Below, in pieces: positions 13,501-24,571 of a DNA stretch of 64,000 bases; positions within the stretch are counted from its first letter, which is position 1, and the number at the start of each line of letters is the position of its first letter. The DNA is from Azolla caroliniana (Eukaryota > Plantae > Polypodiophyta), in assembly GCA_043228905.1 (NCBI GenBank), contig JBHGNT010000003.1:11904001-11968000 (forward strand). The letters are read 5' to 3'. The notes beneath the pieces were generated by a model that worked only from the letters and a program-made list of their open reading frames with translations, had not been told where the DNA came from and ran no database searches. Position numbers and translations under genes: made by a program.

Positions 13501-16054
13501 AGACTCTGGAGCGTCGTTCCACCTTACCCCAGACCGGAAATGCTTCTTATCCTACTCAGCTGGTGATCACGACTGTGTCCGGATGGGGAATGAAGGTACA
13601 TGCCGAATTGTCGGCATAGGAGACGTGTGGTTGACAACACCAACCGGATGCAAGTTGCTGCTGAAGGATGTCCGACACGTTCCGGAGGTTCGTCTGAACC
13701 TGATATCAGCCGGTCGGCTAGACGATGAAGGCTAGACGGGTAGCATCTGGAATGGTGTCATGAAGTTCAGCAAAGGGAGCTTGATTGTGGCTCGGGCCCG
13801 GAAGGTCAACACACTGTACCTGATGAATGCCCGGTTATGTTCGGAGGAAGTGAACGTGGCATCCGACACTACCAGTGCGCTGTGGCACAAAAGGCTGTGT
13901 CACATGAGCAAGAAGGGGATGAAGAGGCTTGCAAACGACAACCTCATTCCAGTGAAGAACGTGCACTTGGAGAAGTGCACTGATTGTCTGGCCGGTAAGC
14001 AAAACCGGACCTCCTTCCGACCAAGGACACCGATGAGACGTAATGCACCACTGGAGTTGGTGCATACTGACGTGTGTCAAGTGGACACGAAGTCACATGC
14101 AGGATCGCAGTACTTCGTGACGTTCATAGATGACCACAGCCGGAAGCTATGGGCCACACCGTTGAAGACAAAGGAACATGTGCTATCCGTCTTCAAAGGG
14201 CTCCACACGAGAGTGGAAAGAAAAACCGGCCGGAAGCTAAAGGCGGTTCGAGCAGATAACGGAGGTGAATACCGGGGGTAGTTCGAGGAGTACTGTCACT
14301 CGAAGGGAAACTGGCTCGAATTTAACGTGCCGAAGACGTTGGAACTAAACGGGCTAGCTGATAGGATGAACCGGACCATAATGGAGAGGGTCCGGAGTAT
14401 TCTAGCGCATGCAAAACTACCCAAGAAGTTTTGGGCTGAGGCACTGTCGACGGTGACATATGTGATAAACAGATCACCCTCAGTACCCTTGGACGGAGAC
14501 ACGCCATAGAGAGTATGGACCGGTAAGGAAGTATCCTACCGGCATTTGAAGGTGTTCGGGTGTCTCGTGTACGTGCATGTAGCTAAGGACCGGAGAGGAA
14601 AGTTAGATCCAAAGACCCGGCCATGCATATTCATCGGTTACGACGACGATGATTTCGGCTATCGAGTGTGGGACCTGGTTGACAAGAAGGTATTCCGGAG
14701 TCGAGATATTATCTTCATGGAGGACAAGACGCTCGCCGACTAGGAGTCAGAGAAGAAGATAATGAACTCCGAGTCGACCTGTAAGGATCGATTCTACGAT
14801 GAGCAGACCCAACCGGCAAGAGACCGGTTAGCACTCGAGGGACCAGCCGGTTACGGTGAGGATACCGAACAGGCTGAAGAAGAAGTAGAGGAAGTTGAAA
14901 CCGGAACTGGCCAAGACCCCGAATCAGATTCGGATGAAGAGCAAATGGAGGAGCCGGTTACCGAAGCCTGAAGTCGGAGATATCCTCTCAGAGAAGGAAG
15001 GCCCCCCCGGAGATTTCCGGATGCAGAGCATGTTCTGCTAACCGATGAGGGGGAGCCGGAAAGCTTCGAGGAAGCGAAGGATGACACCCAACCAAAAATG
15101 GTTAAGTGCCATGCAGGATGAGATGGATTCCCTGCATGAGAACCATACGTACGAATTAGTAGAGTATCCGAAAGGAAAGCGGGCACTCCGAAACAAGTGG
15201 GTGTAGAAGTTGAAACCGGGAGATGCCAACAACCCCCCGAGATACAAAGCCAGGATTGTGGTGAAGGGGTTCTAGCAGAAGAAGGACGTGGAGTTTGACG
15301 ACATATTTGCCCCGGTAGTAAAGATGACCTCCATCCGGATGGTGCTGAGTATAACGGCAAGCATGGACCTCGAGGTAGAGCAGCTGGACGTGAAGACGAC
15401 ATTCCTTCACGGTGACCTCGAAGAGGAGATCTACATGCAGCAACCGGAAGGATTCGTGGAGAAAGGGAAGGAGCACTTGGTTTGCCGGTTGAAGAAGAGC
15501 CTGTACGGACTGAAGCAGGTTCCCCGACAATGGTACCGAAAGTTCGACTCCTTCATGACCGATCAAGGGTACCACAAGACGCAGGCCGATCACTGGCTGT
15601 TTGTGAAGAAGTTCGAAGGAGGCGACTTCCTGATACTCCTTTTGTACGTGGACGACATGTTGATCGTCGGACGAGACCAAGCCAGAATCCGGATGCTGAA
15701 GAAGGCTCTGAACCGGACCTTCTCAATGAAAGACTTGTTAAGTAAACGTGAAGAAGGCACTCAGGCTCTTCTTATGTGCATGGCGGATCGTGGTGTGCTG
15801 GATCGTTTGGTGCTCAAACACAGAAGGGAAGGGGGAAGGAGACTTACCTCTGTAGTAGCCAAAAACTTCTTCTACTTCATTACACGCAGAGCTCTACTTG
15901 CTCTCGTCTGTTTCTCTCTTCTGCTCTCACTCTCTGAGTTCTTCCTCTTTATCTTCACTCTCTCTCTCAGTGTTCTACTTCCTGTGTATTTTCTTACTTA
16001 CCTAATCTCTTACTTTTTACCTAAGTAATAAGTTACTTACGTATGCAGCTAATT

Positions 16055-16168
16055 AGCTGTCAGTCGCTAAATAGCTGTCAGTCGCTAAATAGCTGTCAGT
16101 CGCTAAATAGCTGTCAGTAGCTAATTAGATGTCAGTCGCTAAATAGCTGTCAGTAGCTAATTAGCTGT
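16055..16168. repeat. 18-bp tandem repeat in D's LTR (6 units; 3 units in the other LTR at ~19591-19650)
   Basis: AGCTGTCAGT(C/A)GCTAA(A/T)T units. The 54-bp LTR length difference (522 vs 468) equals 3 units. Confidence 0.9.
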
Positions 16169-16275
16169 TTCTCCTTTATGTTCACAAGTAGCTAAATAGC
16201 TACTATAGCTTATTTCCTAATAAGCATCACATACCATGTTGAGCTTGCTTCTCAACACTCCCCCTCAAGCTCAAC

Positions 16276-19155
16276 TTATCCTTTCTTGGGGTTATCTACA
16301 ACTTCTTTTCCATGATGCTTTACAGCCATCATATCAATGTCTACAACTCCCATCATGTTCCGAAACGGTGTATGCTTTTCCACACTCAATCTCTTTGTGA
16401 GAATATCAGCAACCTGTTGATTTGTATTCACATACACCAGATCAACTTCTCCTTCAATCACTTTTTCTCTAACAAAGTGATAATGCACTTCAATGTGCTT
16501 TGTTCTTGCATGGAACACTGGGTTTTTTGCAAGCTGAATGCTGCTCATATTGTCACACCAGATTGTGACAGTATCATATATATACTCTCCCAAATCAGCA
16601 AGCAATCTTCTGATCCATACCTCTTCACAAGTGGCTATGGCGGCTCCTCTGTACTCAGCTTCAGTACTAGACAATGCAACACTAGCTTGTTTCTTGCTAC
16701 TCCATGAAATACCTGCACTTCCCAATGTAAACATATATCCACTTGTGGATCTTCTATCTGTTTGGCTTCCAGCCCAATCAACATCTGTATATCCTTCCAG
16801 ATTTATGTCCAAATCAGCCCTGTAAAACAATCCATATTTCTGAGTAGCTTTTACATACCTCAGAATTCTTCTAATGCAGTCCAAATGCAGCTTTGTTGGC
16901 TGTTGCATAAATTGGCTGACTAATCCAACTGCATAACTCAAATCAGGTCTTGTTATGGTCAAATAAATAAGGTTGCCCACCATAGACCTGTACATGTTTA
17001 CATCTTCTATTTTGGCTCCCAAATCAGCCCTTAATTTGCAGTTTTTATCTAGTGGTACTCCAATAGGTTTGCATCCAAGCATACCATACTTTTTCAACAT
17101 AGTTGTTGCATATTGTCTTTGCAACACATATATACCATTTTCAGATCTGATGATTTCAATACCCAAATAATATCTCAGATCTCCCAAATCTTTCATATGA
17201 AATTTTATTTCCAAATTTCATTTCAGTTTACTTATTTCATCCATGAAATCACCTCCAATGATGAGATCATCAACATAAATCAGAATCACAACAATACAAT
17301 CATCTTTCCTTTTAACATACAATGATGAATCAACCTTTGACATTTTGAAGTCAAGTTTTTTCAGATAATCTGAGAGTTCTCTGTGCCATGCTCTTGGTGC
17401 CTATTTCAGTCCATAGAGAGCCTTTTTCAGCTTACATACATAATTTGGATGCTTCCTATCTTCAAAACCTGGTGGTTGACTCATATACACTTCTTCTTCC
17501 AAGTTACCATGTAAGAAGGCATTTTTTACATCCATATGATGAAGAAACCATCTTCTGGCTGCACCTACAGCCAGTAATGTCCTCAATGTTGCCATCTTTG
17601 CAATCGGTGCAAATGTCTCATCATAATCAATTCCTTGCATTTGGGCATATCCCTTTGCAACCAATCTTGCTTTATGTCTACTTACATTCCCACTGGAATC
17701 ATGCTTTGTCTTGTAGACCCATTTGCAACCTACCACATTTTTTTCTTTTGGTAACTTCACCAAATCCCATGTTCTGTTTTCAGCCAATGCATCAATCTCT
17801 TCTTGCATTGCATCCACCCATTTCTTCTCAGTTTTAGCCTCATCAAAACTACTTGGATCAGGGATCTGTACCACCTTAGACATATATGCATAATGCATAG
17901 CCATATATGTATCATAACCAAATCTTTCAACTGTTTTTTTCTCTCTATCTGATCTTCTCAGTTTCTGATTTGCATCCTTCAATGCTTTTTCCATACCAGG
18001 GATTTTCAATCCTCTTATACCAAGAAGATCATCCAATGACATATCTGAATCCTCATCTTCCATGTTTTTAGACAAGTCATCCAACATTTCATACTCTGGC
18101 ATTTTCTGTTTTCCTTTTTTATCATCACATTTTTTGTGTCCTCCACTTTTTCCACTCCAAGAATTCGAATCAGATTTACCATCTGAGCTTTTTGATGGTC
18201 TAGAACATTCTATTGATGTTGGACTTTGCTGTCCAACCTTGCTTCCATCTCTGTGGCAGTCTTCTACATTTTCTGATTTGTCTCTGTCTTCAATCTCATT
18301 ATCTTCATCAGTCTCTGGATTCTGTTTTGGACTGTACCAGCTGGCTAACTCATCAAAGATTACATCCCTACTTGTCACAATCTTCTTTGTTACAGGGTTA
18401 TAGCATCTATACCCTTTTTGTTCTTCTGAATAGCCAACAAAAATACATTTTTCTGCTTTTGGATCCAGCTTACTTCTTACTTCTGCAGGCACATGTACAT
18501 ATGCAAGGCATCCAAACACTTTTAAGTGTTCTAAACTAGGTTTCCTTCCATAGAAACACTCTTCAGGAGTTGCTTCATGTACTCCTGATGTTATACATCT
18601 ATTTACAATATAATTTGCTGTATTTACAGCTTCTGCCCAATAGTACAATGTCATATTCTTCTCTGTCATCAAAGCCCTTGCAATCTTCACCAATGTTCTG
18701 TTTTTCCTCTCAGCAACTCCATTTTGCTGTGGAGTATATCTACATGTGAATTGTCTTCTTATTCCCTGATTGCATAGAAAATCAGAAAATTCATTGGAGA
18801 AATACTCTCCTCCTCCATCAGATCTTAAACATTTTATTCTTGTACCTGCCCAAGCTTCTTTTGGGAGCATAGCATCTTGTATGTGCCCAAGCATCGAATC
18901 TGAGATGCTAAGTGAGAGCCAATGCATTACCTTCCTTGCCCCTTGATTCCAATCTTTGAATGCTTTAATCTGTGCTGTTGTGGCATTTTCTTCTGGGATC
19001 TCCGGAGCCTCTTCTAGGTCTCCTTCAATGTAATCCCAATATCCTTTCCCCATCAGGAAATTTGTCATTCTAAATTTCCACGCCGGGAAATTGTTTTTAT
19101 CTAGTTTCTTTGTAACTATTTGGCCCGCATTCTCTGCAGCCATTATCTCTTCCAA
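16276..19155 (-). pseudogene. Element D gag-N/integrase fusion, RT and RNase H
   Basis: 584-aa ORF joins the gag N-terminus (NFPAWKFRM...PKEAW) to the IN core ([12 protein letters not shown]). TAG at 17401, frameshift near 17215. The RT end and RNase H (KHIEVHYHFVRE) are in ORF 16276-17214. Confidence 0.9.
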
Positions 19156-20031
19156 ACTAGGTTTTCAGTTACAATTACTTCAACAAGTAACTTTCTGATT
19201 CAGATCAGCAACCAGAGAAATACCTTTCTCAGTTCTATGCACTTCTTTATGAGCAACTTGCTCTGATACCATGTTAAGAAAACATGAAGAAGGCACTCAG
19301 GCTCTTCTTATGTGCGTGGCGGATCGTGGTGTGCTGGATCGTTTGGTGCTCAAACACAGAAGGGAAGGGGGAAGGAGACTTACCTCTGTAGCAGCCAAAA
19401 ACTTCTTCTACTTCATTACACGCAGAGCTCTACTTGCTCTCGTCTGTTTCTCTCTTCTGCTCTCACTCTCTGAGTTCTTCCTCTTTATCTTCACTCTCTC
19501 TCTCAGTGTTCTACTTCCTGTGTATTTTCTTACTTACCTACTCTCTTACTTTTTACCTAAGTAATAAGTTAGTTACGTATGTAGCTAATTACCTGCCTGT
19601 AGCTAATTAGCTGTCAGTCACTAAATAGCTGTCAGTAGCTAATTAGCTGTTTCTCCTTTATGTTCACAAGTAGCTAAATAGCTACTATAGCTTATTTCCT
19701 AATAAGCATCACATACCATGTTGAGCTTGCTTCTCAACAAGACTTGGGTTCGGCAAGACAGATGTCGGGGATGCATATCATCCGGAACCGGCCAATGAAG
19801 CAACTGTGGCTGTCACAGGAGAAATACGTGACAAAGGTGCTTCAGTGGTTCAACATGTCAGATGCGAAATCGGTCGGATCGACACTTCCGGCAAACTGCA
19901 GGCTATCCGGTAAGCAAAGCCCGAAGACGAAAGCAGAGAAGGAGGATATGATGAAGTTTCCATATGCCTCTGCCGTCGGGAGCTTAATGTACGTAATGGT
20001 TTGTACCCGACCGGATATAGGATATGTAGTC

Positions 20032-20552
20032 TGTCGTAATTCCGTGCTCGGCCACAACCGAGGAACAGGATCGATTCACAGAAAACGGGAAATACAACAA
20101 TGCACGAAAAACAATAGAGAGAAGGGTACACTGGATGTTTTACGTGGAAAACCCTAAATGGGAAAAACCACGGGAGTGCAAGACTCCAACTATCACTATA
20201 CGCGGGAATGTACAATGGCGAGCTGCAAGGCGACGACCTTGAGCTCGCTGTCCTCGCCACAGGCGGCGGTATTACACAGAGGCGTCGACCTCTTCCTTCC
20301 TCTTTCTCTCTCACTCTCTCTCGGCTGCTCTCACTTCGCTCCCTCTTAGTGGAAAACAGAAAAATGAGCAACAACATAAACTGTTTGCCCTAAGTCATAT
20401 TTATACACATATGACTTTCGGGCTATTTACAAATATAGCCTCAAGGGCTCTTGGCAAACATATTCACAAATATGTCCCCGCATCCGGATCTCCCTCCGGG
20501 TACATTCGTCATCCGGCTCCGTAACCGGGGTCTTCAGCATCCCGGCTCCGTA
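20032..20552 (-). mobile_element. Partial LTR related to the A/M family, inserted in C's RT
   Basis: Starts TGTCGTAATT. Shares CTCGGCCACAACCGAG, ACGTGGAAAACCC, TTTGCCCTAAGTCATATTTATA and CATCCGG motifs with the A/M LTRs. Confidence 0.8.
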
Positions 20553-20731
20553 AAAGAGGAAGGAAGAGGTCGACGCCTCTGTGTAATACCGCCGCCTGTG
20601 GCGAGGACAACGAGCTCAAGGTCGTCGCCTTGCAGCTCGCCATTGTACATTCCCGCGTATAGTGATAGTTGGAGTCTTGCACTCCCGTGGTTTTTCCCAT
20701 TTAGGGTTTTCCACGTAAAACATCCAGTGTA

Positions 20732-20831
20732 NNNNNNNNNNNNNNNNNNNNNNNNNNNNNNNNNNNNNNNNNNNNNNNNNNNNNNNNNNNNNNNNNNNNN
20801 NNNNNNNNNNNNNNNNNNNNNNNNNNNNNNN
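20732..20831. other. Assembly gap (100 N)
   Basis: Run of exactly 100 N. Sequences on either side are unrelated. Confidence 0.99.
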
Positions 20832-20833
20832 AT

Positions 20834-21502
20834 ACAAATGGTGGTGTTTTAGTGGGTCTTGTCTCATGTGGTGTTATGATGATCATTGTGGCTTGTTCTG
20901 CTGATCTAATGCAAGATTTCAAGACAGGTTATTTGACTCTTTCTTCACCTCGATCCATGTTTGTTAGTCAGATTGTTGGCACCTTCATGGGATGCATCAT
21001 TGCTCCTCTCACATTCTGGTTATTTTGGGAAGCTTTTGATATTGGCAATCCAGATGGAGAGTATAAAGCCCCTTATGCCCTTATATTCAGGGAGATGGCT
21101 GTCATCGGAACACAAGGATTTGATGCTCTACCTAAACATTGCCTAGAGCTTTGTTATGGTTTCTTTTGTCTAGCTTTAGTATTGAACTTTCTTAGAGATA
21201 AACCGTTGGCCAAGTGGTCCCCTTACATACCTATTCCTATGGCTATGGCGATACCCTTTTATATTGGTCCTTACTTTGCCATCGACATGTTTGTGGGTAC
21301 CGTTGTCGTATTTGTGTGGCAAAAGGTGAATCAAAGCAAGGCAAAGTTGTTGGTTCCAGCACTTGCCTCAGGTTTGATTTGCGGTGATGGAATATGGACC
21401 ATGGTATCGGCAATTCTTGCTTTGGCCAAGAAGGAACCACCTGTTTGCATGTATTTTCTGCCAAGTAGCATTGTTGACAGATTGAGCTTGCCACAATTCT
21501 AA
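20834..21502 (+). CDS. YSL: Yellow stripe-like (YSL, OPT family) metal-nicotianamine transporter, final coding exon; 5' part lost in the gap
   Basis: Open frame with family motifs [75 protein letters not shown] and [11 protein letters not shown]; stop TAA at 21500-21502. Confidence 0.93.
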   Translation, partial: TNGGVLVGLVSCGVMMIIVACSADLMQDFKTGYLTLSSPRSMFVSQIVGTFMGCIIAPLTFWLFWEAFDIGNPDGEYKAPYALIFREMAVIGTQGFDALPKHCLELCYGFFCLALVLNFLRDKPLAKWSPYIPIPMAMAIPFYIGPYFAIDMFVGTVVVFVWQKVNQSKAKLLVPALASGLICGDGIWTMVSAILALAKKEPPVCMYFLPSSIVDRLSLPQF

Positions 21503-21560
21503 ACCAAAACCAATTTTGATTTGATGTCTTTCACACAGGCAGCAGCTTTGTACAAAGCCG

Positions 21561-21589
21561 CCCCCCCCCCCCCCCCCCCCCCCCCCCCC
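21561..21589. repeat. Poly-C tract (29 nt) in the probable YSL 3' UTR
   Basis: Homopolymer seen directly, ~60 bp after the stop codon. Confidence 0.9.
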
Positions 21590-22225
21590 GCCTCCCACTT
21601 CACAGCTTATCCCAATTATTCTTAATAGTACTTTACCCCATTATTTCAATAAATTCCATTTTTTTCTCCATCCGTCTCATTTCTTGTAAACCTATTTCTG
21701 TAAAGTGTGTGTAGCTGCACTGCAATCTTCAAATATTATGCATGGTACTTTCTGGTTCTCTTGTCCCTCGATCTGTCACTCTCTTACTTAAACATGAGTT
21801 GCACCATAAATGCGATTCTCTTCAATTTCTTAAAGCTACAAGTTTTGTAGGTGATTTAGATACAGTTTTGATGAAACTCTTGATAGATTACACTTCTAAA
21901 GTAGAAATGCTGAGTGGTAAATCTTGCATGTTATATTCATTACTGTTTATTTAAATTACTGGAGAAACCGTTAAATTTAAGCAAAACATTGATGAAATTG
22001 TAGAAATGATATATAACTTTCATTTCTAACCTTGTGAGAAACCCTAAACCCTAAACCCAATTACATTGACAAATGTGTTCATGAATCAATGTGGTGGGTG
22101 ACCAAGAGAAACTTTAGAATTCTCATTCAATGGAAAGTCTACATTAGAGAGGACCATTTATATGAATGTAACATTTATATGCATGGTTCTAACTTCTCCA
22201 TTATCATTGTGGTGACTAACAATCG

Positions 22226-22445
22226 GCAACGGTTCGGTTCGGTTTGGAAATCTTAAACCCAAACCCGTTCAAACCGAACTCTTGAGAAAAAGTTGAAACC
22301 TAAACCAAATTGAACCGAACCACGAAATTGTTTAAACTGAAACCATTCAAACCGAACTGTTTACACAAAATTCAAACCTAAACCAAACGGTTCTAGAAGT
22401 TTTTGAACCGTTAAAACCATGGTTTCGTAGTTTGGTTTTGGTTTT
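22226..22445. repeat. AAACCGAAC/GGTTCGGTT motif cluster, possible subterminal remnant of a DNA transposon or MITE
   Basis: Many AACCG(A/T) motifs in both orientations. No TIR pair or TSD identified. Confidence 0.45.
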
Positions 22446-22588
22446 GCTATTGAACACATTATCAATGTTTTTTCTCAATGTGCCATGAATCATTATGGCC
22501 TATAACAATAAATAAAAGGTTACATATCAAAGAATGGTACAAAACTTAATTGGAGGCGCAAAATAAACTTCATCACTTTTTTCACAAA

Positions 22589-22853
22589 AATTACAAAATG
22601 TTGTTATGAGCAAAAATGTATCTCATGGAGGAAATCTTACCATAATAGGAGCCAAAATAATATAACTTTCACTAATGTCCATACGAATTTTGCTTTTTTA
22701 TAATCATCATTATAATTACAAAATGTTGTTATGAGCAAAAAGGTATCTCATAGAGGAAATCTTACCATAATAGCATCCAAAATAATATAACTTACACTAA
22801 TGTCCATACACTAATGTCCATACGAATTTTGCTTCTTTATAATCTCCATTATT
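22589..22853. repeat. Tandem duplication, ~125-bp period
   Basis: AATTACAAAATGTTGTTATGAGCAAAAA...TCCATACGAATTTTGCTT occurs at 22589 and 22714. Confidence 0.85.
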
Positions 22854-23732
22854 GGAGCTCCATGTAATATGAGCTCTACCTTGTAGATAACTGAAAGCTT
22901 TGCATGTGGTATGATACATCTCGAAAAAAATTGAGGCTTATATAATTTGAATATAGTTTTGAATATTACAAGATCATTATCTACAGTATCGACATGCTAA
23001 GATCTACGTTTGTGTCCTATGAACAATAAAAAAGATGGGGTTCTCAATTTTGTAAGCTTTGCTTGCAGTGTTGGATTGGCACAAATAGCTCGATATCTAC
23101 AATCATGAATGTCCTCACGATCAATCTTTGTCGATATGCGAACTAGCTCTTTGAAAGCATCGGCCTTAGTGAAGTCTTCTATGTTAGATTCTGTGAAAAT
23201 GACCAAATCAATCAACAGAAATGATGACCATAATGAATCTCAAAGGCAACATTTAGAAGAAACTGATATCTTTTTGCTTCATTTAGATAATCAAACTTAG
23301 TGACATTGACATGATATTATATATTAGAATAAGCCGAAAAAACAAAATAGTCTCACCTTGTACAACTTATGTGATTCACATTTAGCAAAGTTTGCAATCC
23401 CCAAGAGTGTTTTAATAGTACCTTCATGTCTCAATTTCGATTGCATTACAATTGCATGATAATATCACTCTTTTCGATTGCAATTCAGCCACATGATGTA
23501 ATCAAAGGGTCAATTCACAAACGAAATCCAAACATTGAAAGCTTACTTTTTTTAAGACACAACTTTACCATTCCCACAAAGATTTGTTAGACTTGCTCCA
23601 GCCACCATATACTGTCTCGGATGTCCGTGAATATGTGCCATATTCTAACTAGTTATGTCAAGGACACATCAAATTGTTCCCATTCCCATGCTTTCACCCT
23701 ACAACGAAACTCAGAATGAATTTACAGACAAG

Positions 23733-24137
23733 TGTTGGCCTAAAAGGCCGACTCCTTTGTATCCTTACAAGTGTGAACACATCCGATAGTTAGGGCTTGA
23801 GTATATAAGCTCTAACCTAGCGTTGTAACGATATGATCTTGTATCTTGAGTCTTGTAGAGAGAGAGTTACAGAGAAATAAAGAACTTCCATTGAAGCTCG
23901 ATTCTATGTCAATCTTCTGTTTTCTTCCTTGTTGCATATCTATGTTGTTTGCTGCACACATCTACTTGCAGGTCCTCATACTTCCGCGCATCTATCCCAA
24001 CACCTTTTCCTACAACTGGTATTAGAGAGACTTGATGTTTAACGACGACAAATAAATTAAATACCAAGAAAAGGAAACCCCACAACTGAAAGAAAAGACC
24101 AGGTCAGTAAATCTCACTTCAAAAGAACATGGCTTCA
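23733..24137 (+). mobile_element. Short 5' LTR (23733-24014) with PBS and leader, interrupted by element F
   Basis: TGT...ACA, internal TATATAA at ~23801, then TGGTATTAGAG (iMet PBS variant) at 24017. Confidence 0.6.
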
Positions 24138-24571
24138 TGTTGAGCGGACAAGCTCAACTGGATCCGGATCGGCTGAACAAGCTAGAGCTGGATTAGAGTC
24201 CGGAATGAAGAGCTGGATCGGTATCCAGAACTAGGAGTCGGATCGGATTGTAACTGGTAGGCCGTTAGAGGCCTACGAATCTAGCCTAGTACGTAGGAAG
24301 ATTCCTTGGAGTTAGTGTCAGTCGCTCGTATGAGCATTGAAGTACTTGTCAGTCCTTTTAAGGACTTGTATAAACAGTGTTCTATAGGAAATTGTATGTA
24401 CAAAGTGTTATTATTTTGAATTGAGTTGACTGTTCTGATCTCTCTATTTCTCCCGTGTAAGGTTTCCATTAAACCCGTGTCTATATTTTGTTGCTATCCG
24501 ATTGAGCCGGTTTTGTCTTAAGTTTCCGCATATTTACTTTTACATGGTATCAGAGCGCGAGGGTTGAGAAC
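24138..24571 (+). mobile_element. Element F: copia 5' LTR (24138-24544), PBS and start of leader, interrupted by element G
   Basis: TGTTGAGC...TTTACA, then TGGTATCAGAGCGCGAGGGTTGAGAAC, the same as the leader at 35894. Confidence 0.85.

Larger units (their letters stand above)
15736..19739 (-). mobile_element. Element D: internally deleted Ty1/copia (second lineage), TSD AGACT
   Basis: LTRs 15736-16257 and 19272-19739. AGACT at 15731-15735 and 19740-19744. PBS GCTCTGATACCA at 19260-19271. PPT CTCCCCCTC follows 16257. Confidence 0.96.
11926..20031 (+). mobile_element. Element C: A/M-family Ty1/copia, split by element D; 3' end not seen
   Basis: 5' LTR 11926-12548, PBS TGGTATTAGAGC at 12551. 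gag starts at 12578 (MDDSLGDMFKLTG). Protease, IN and RT carry stops. RT breaks at FSMKD (15735), resumes at 19745, and is cut at 20031 by another LTR. Confidence 0.9.

Noticed and set aside
15736-16028. Hydrophobic env-like tail on ORF 15288-16028 (also 19271-19564)
   Set aside because: Read-through from C's RT into the antisense, CT-rich LTR of D; a compositional artefact.
16055-16168. Regular short repeats resembling a CRISPR array
   Set aside because: Head-to-tail units with no unique spacers, inside an LTR, eukaryotic context, no cas genes.
20127-20731. 179-bp near-perfect inverted repeat (20127-20305 vs 20553-20731), a potential siRNA hairpin
   Set aside because: It ends exactly at the contig edge before the gap, typical of a fold-back or chimeric-read artefact; cannot be accepted without reads.
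22039-22058. AAACCCTAAACCCTAAACCC telomere-like or telo-box motif
   Set aside because: Fewer than three units; common in plant genomes and not evidence of an interstitial telomere.
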